Shown here in pieces: positions 63,690 through 64,000 of a stretch of DNA of 64,000 nt (position 1 is its first letter; every line of letters begins with the position of its first letter). The notes under the pieces were generated by a model, which was not told where the DNA came from, made no database searches, and saw nothing but the letters and a program-made list of their open reading frames with translations. Made by a program: the position numbers and the translations under genes. Origin of the DNA: Octopus bimaculoides (lineage: Eukaryota); NCBI RefSeq assembly GCF_001194135.2, contig NC_068990.1, forward strand, positions 89,363,083 to 89,427,082. The letters are read 5' to 3'.

Positions 63690-64000
63690 TACATTCGTAC
63701 ACATACATACATACATATACACGCATGCATACACACAGATACATACTTACATACACATGCATACACATACATACATATACATACGTACATACATACACAT
63801 ACATACATATACATACATACGTACACACACATACATACGTACGTACATATATAAATACGTACGTACATACATATATACATATATACACACATACATAAAT
63901 ATATACATACATACACACATACATACATACACATTCACATACATACATCCGTACATACATACATACATACACGCACATACATGTATACACATATACATAC
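63690..64000. repeat. Compound (ACAT)n/(AC)n microsatellite
   Basis: Directly visible. Similar tracts at 18160-18380, 19300-19365, 32405-32585, 49880-50100 and 62225-62610. Confidence 0.95.

Overview
Eukaryotic, AT-rich, microsatellite- and repeat-dense animal genomic DNA with about 10 N-gaps. The repeat families and the C2H2 gene style point to an octopod cephalopod (inference). I reconstructed five protein-coding genes by hand with phase-consistent GT-AG exons: the 3' four exons of FDX2 (+, 726-3336); a single-coding-exon 13-14-finger C2H2 ZNF (-, 4389-5663); a UBE2U-like E2-fold gene (-, ATG 18033 to about 11068/11499), largely missed by the ORF track, whose active-site Cys is replaced by Gln; ZGLP1 (+, 23408-33415); and Elongin A (+, 11 exons, 37121-52704). 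The last 11 kb is intergenic LINE/SINE/MITE debris. Best candidates for something new: (1) an intact but catalytically dead UBE2U-like E2; (2) a tRNA-headed non-autonomous retroelement with a minimal Penelope-type hammerhead ribozyme, arranged as a long inverted repeat inside a ZGLP1 intron; (3) FDX2-UBE2U-ZGLP1 linkage matching the human 19p13/1p31 paralogons; (4) an R4/Dong-like RLE retrotransposon inserted in an (ATAC)n microsatellite. No CRISPR array, rRNA or functional tRNA was found. No database searches were run; homology calls come from recognised motifs and recalled sequences.
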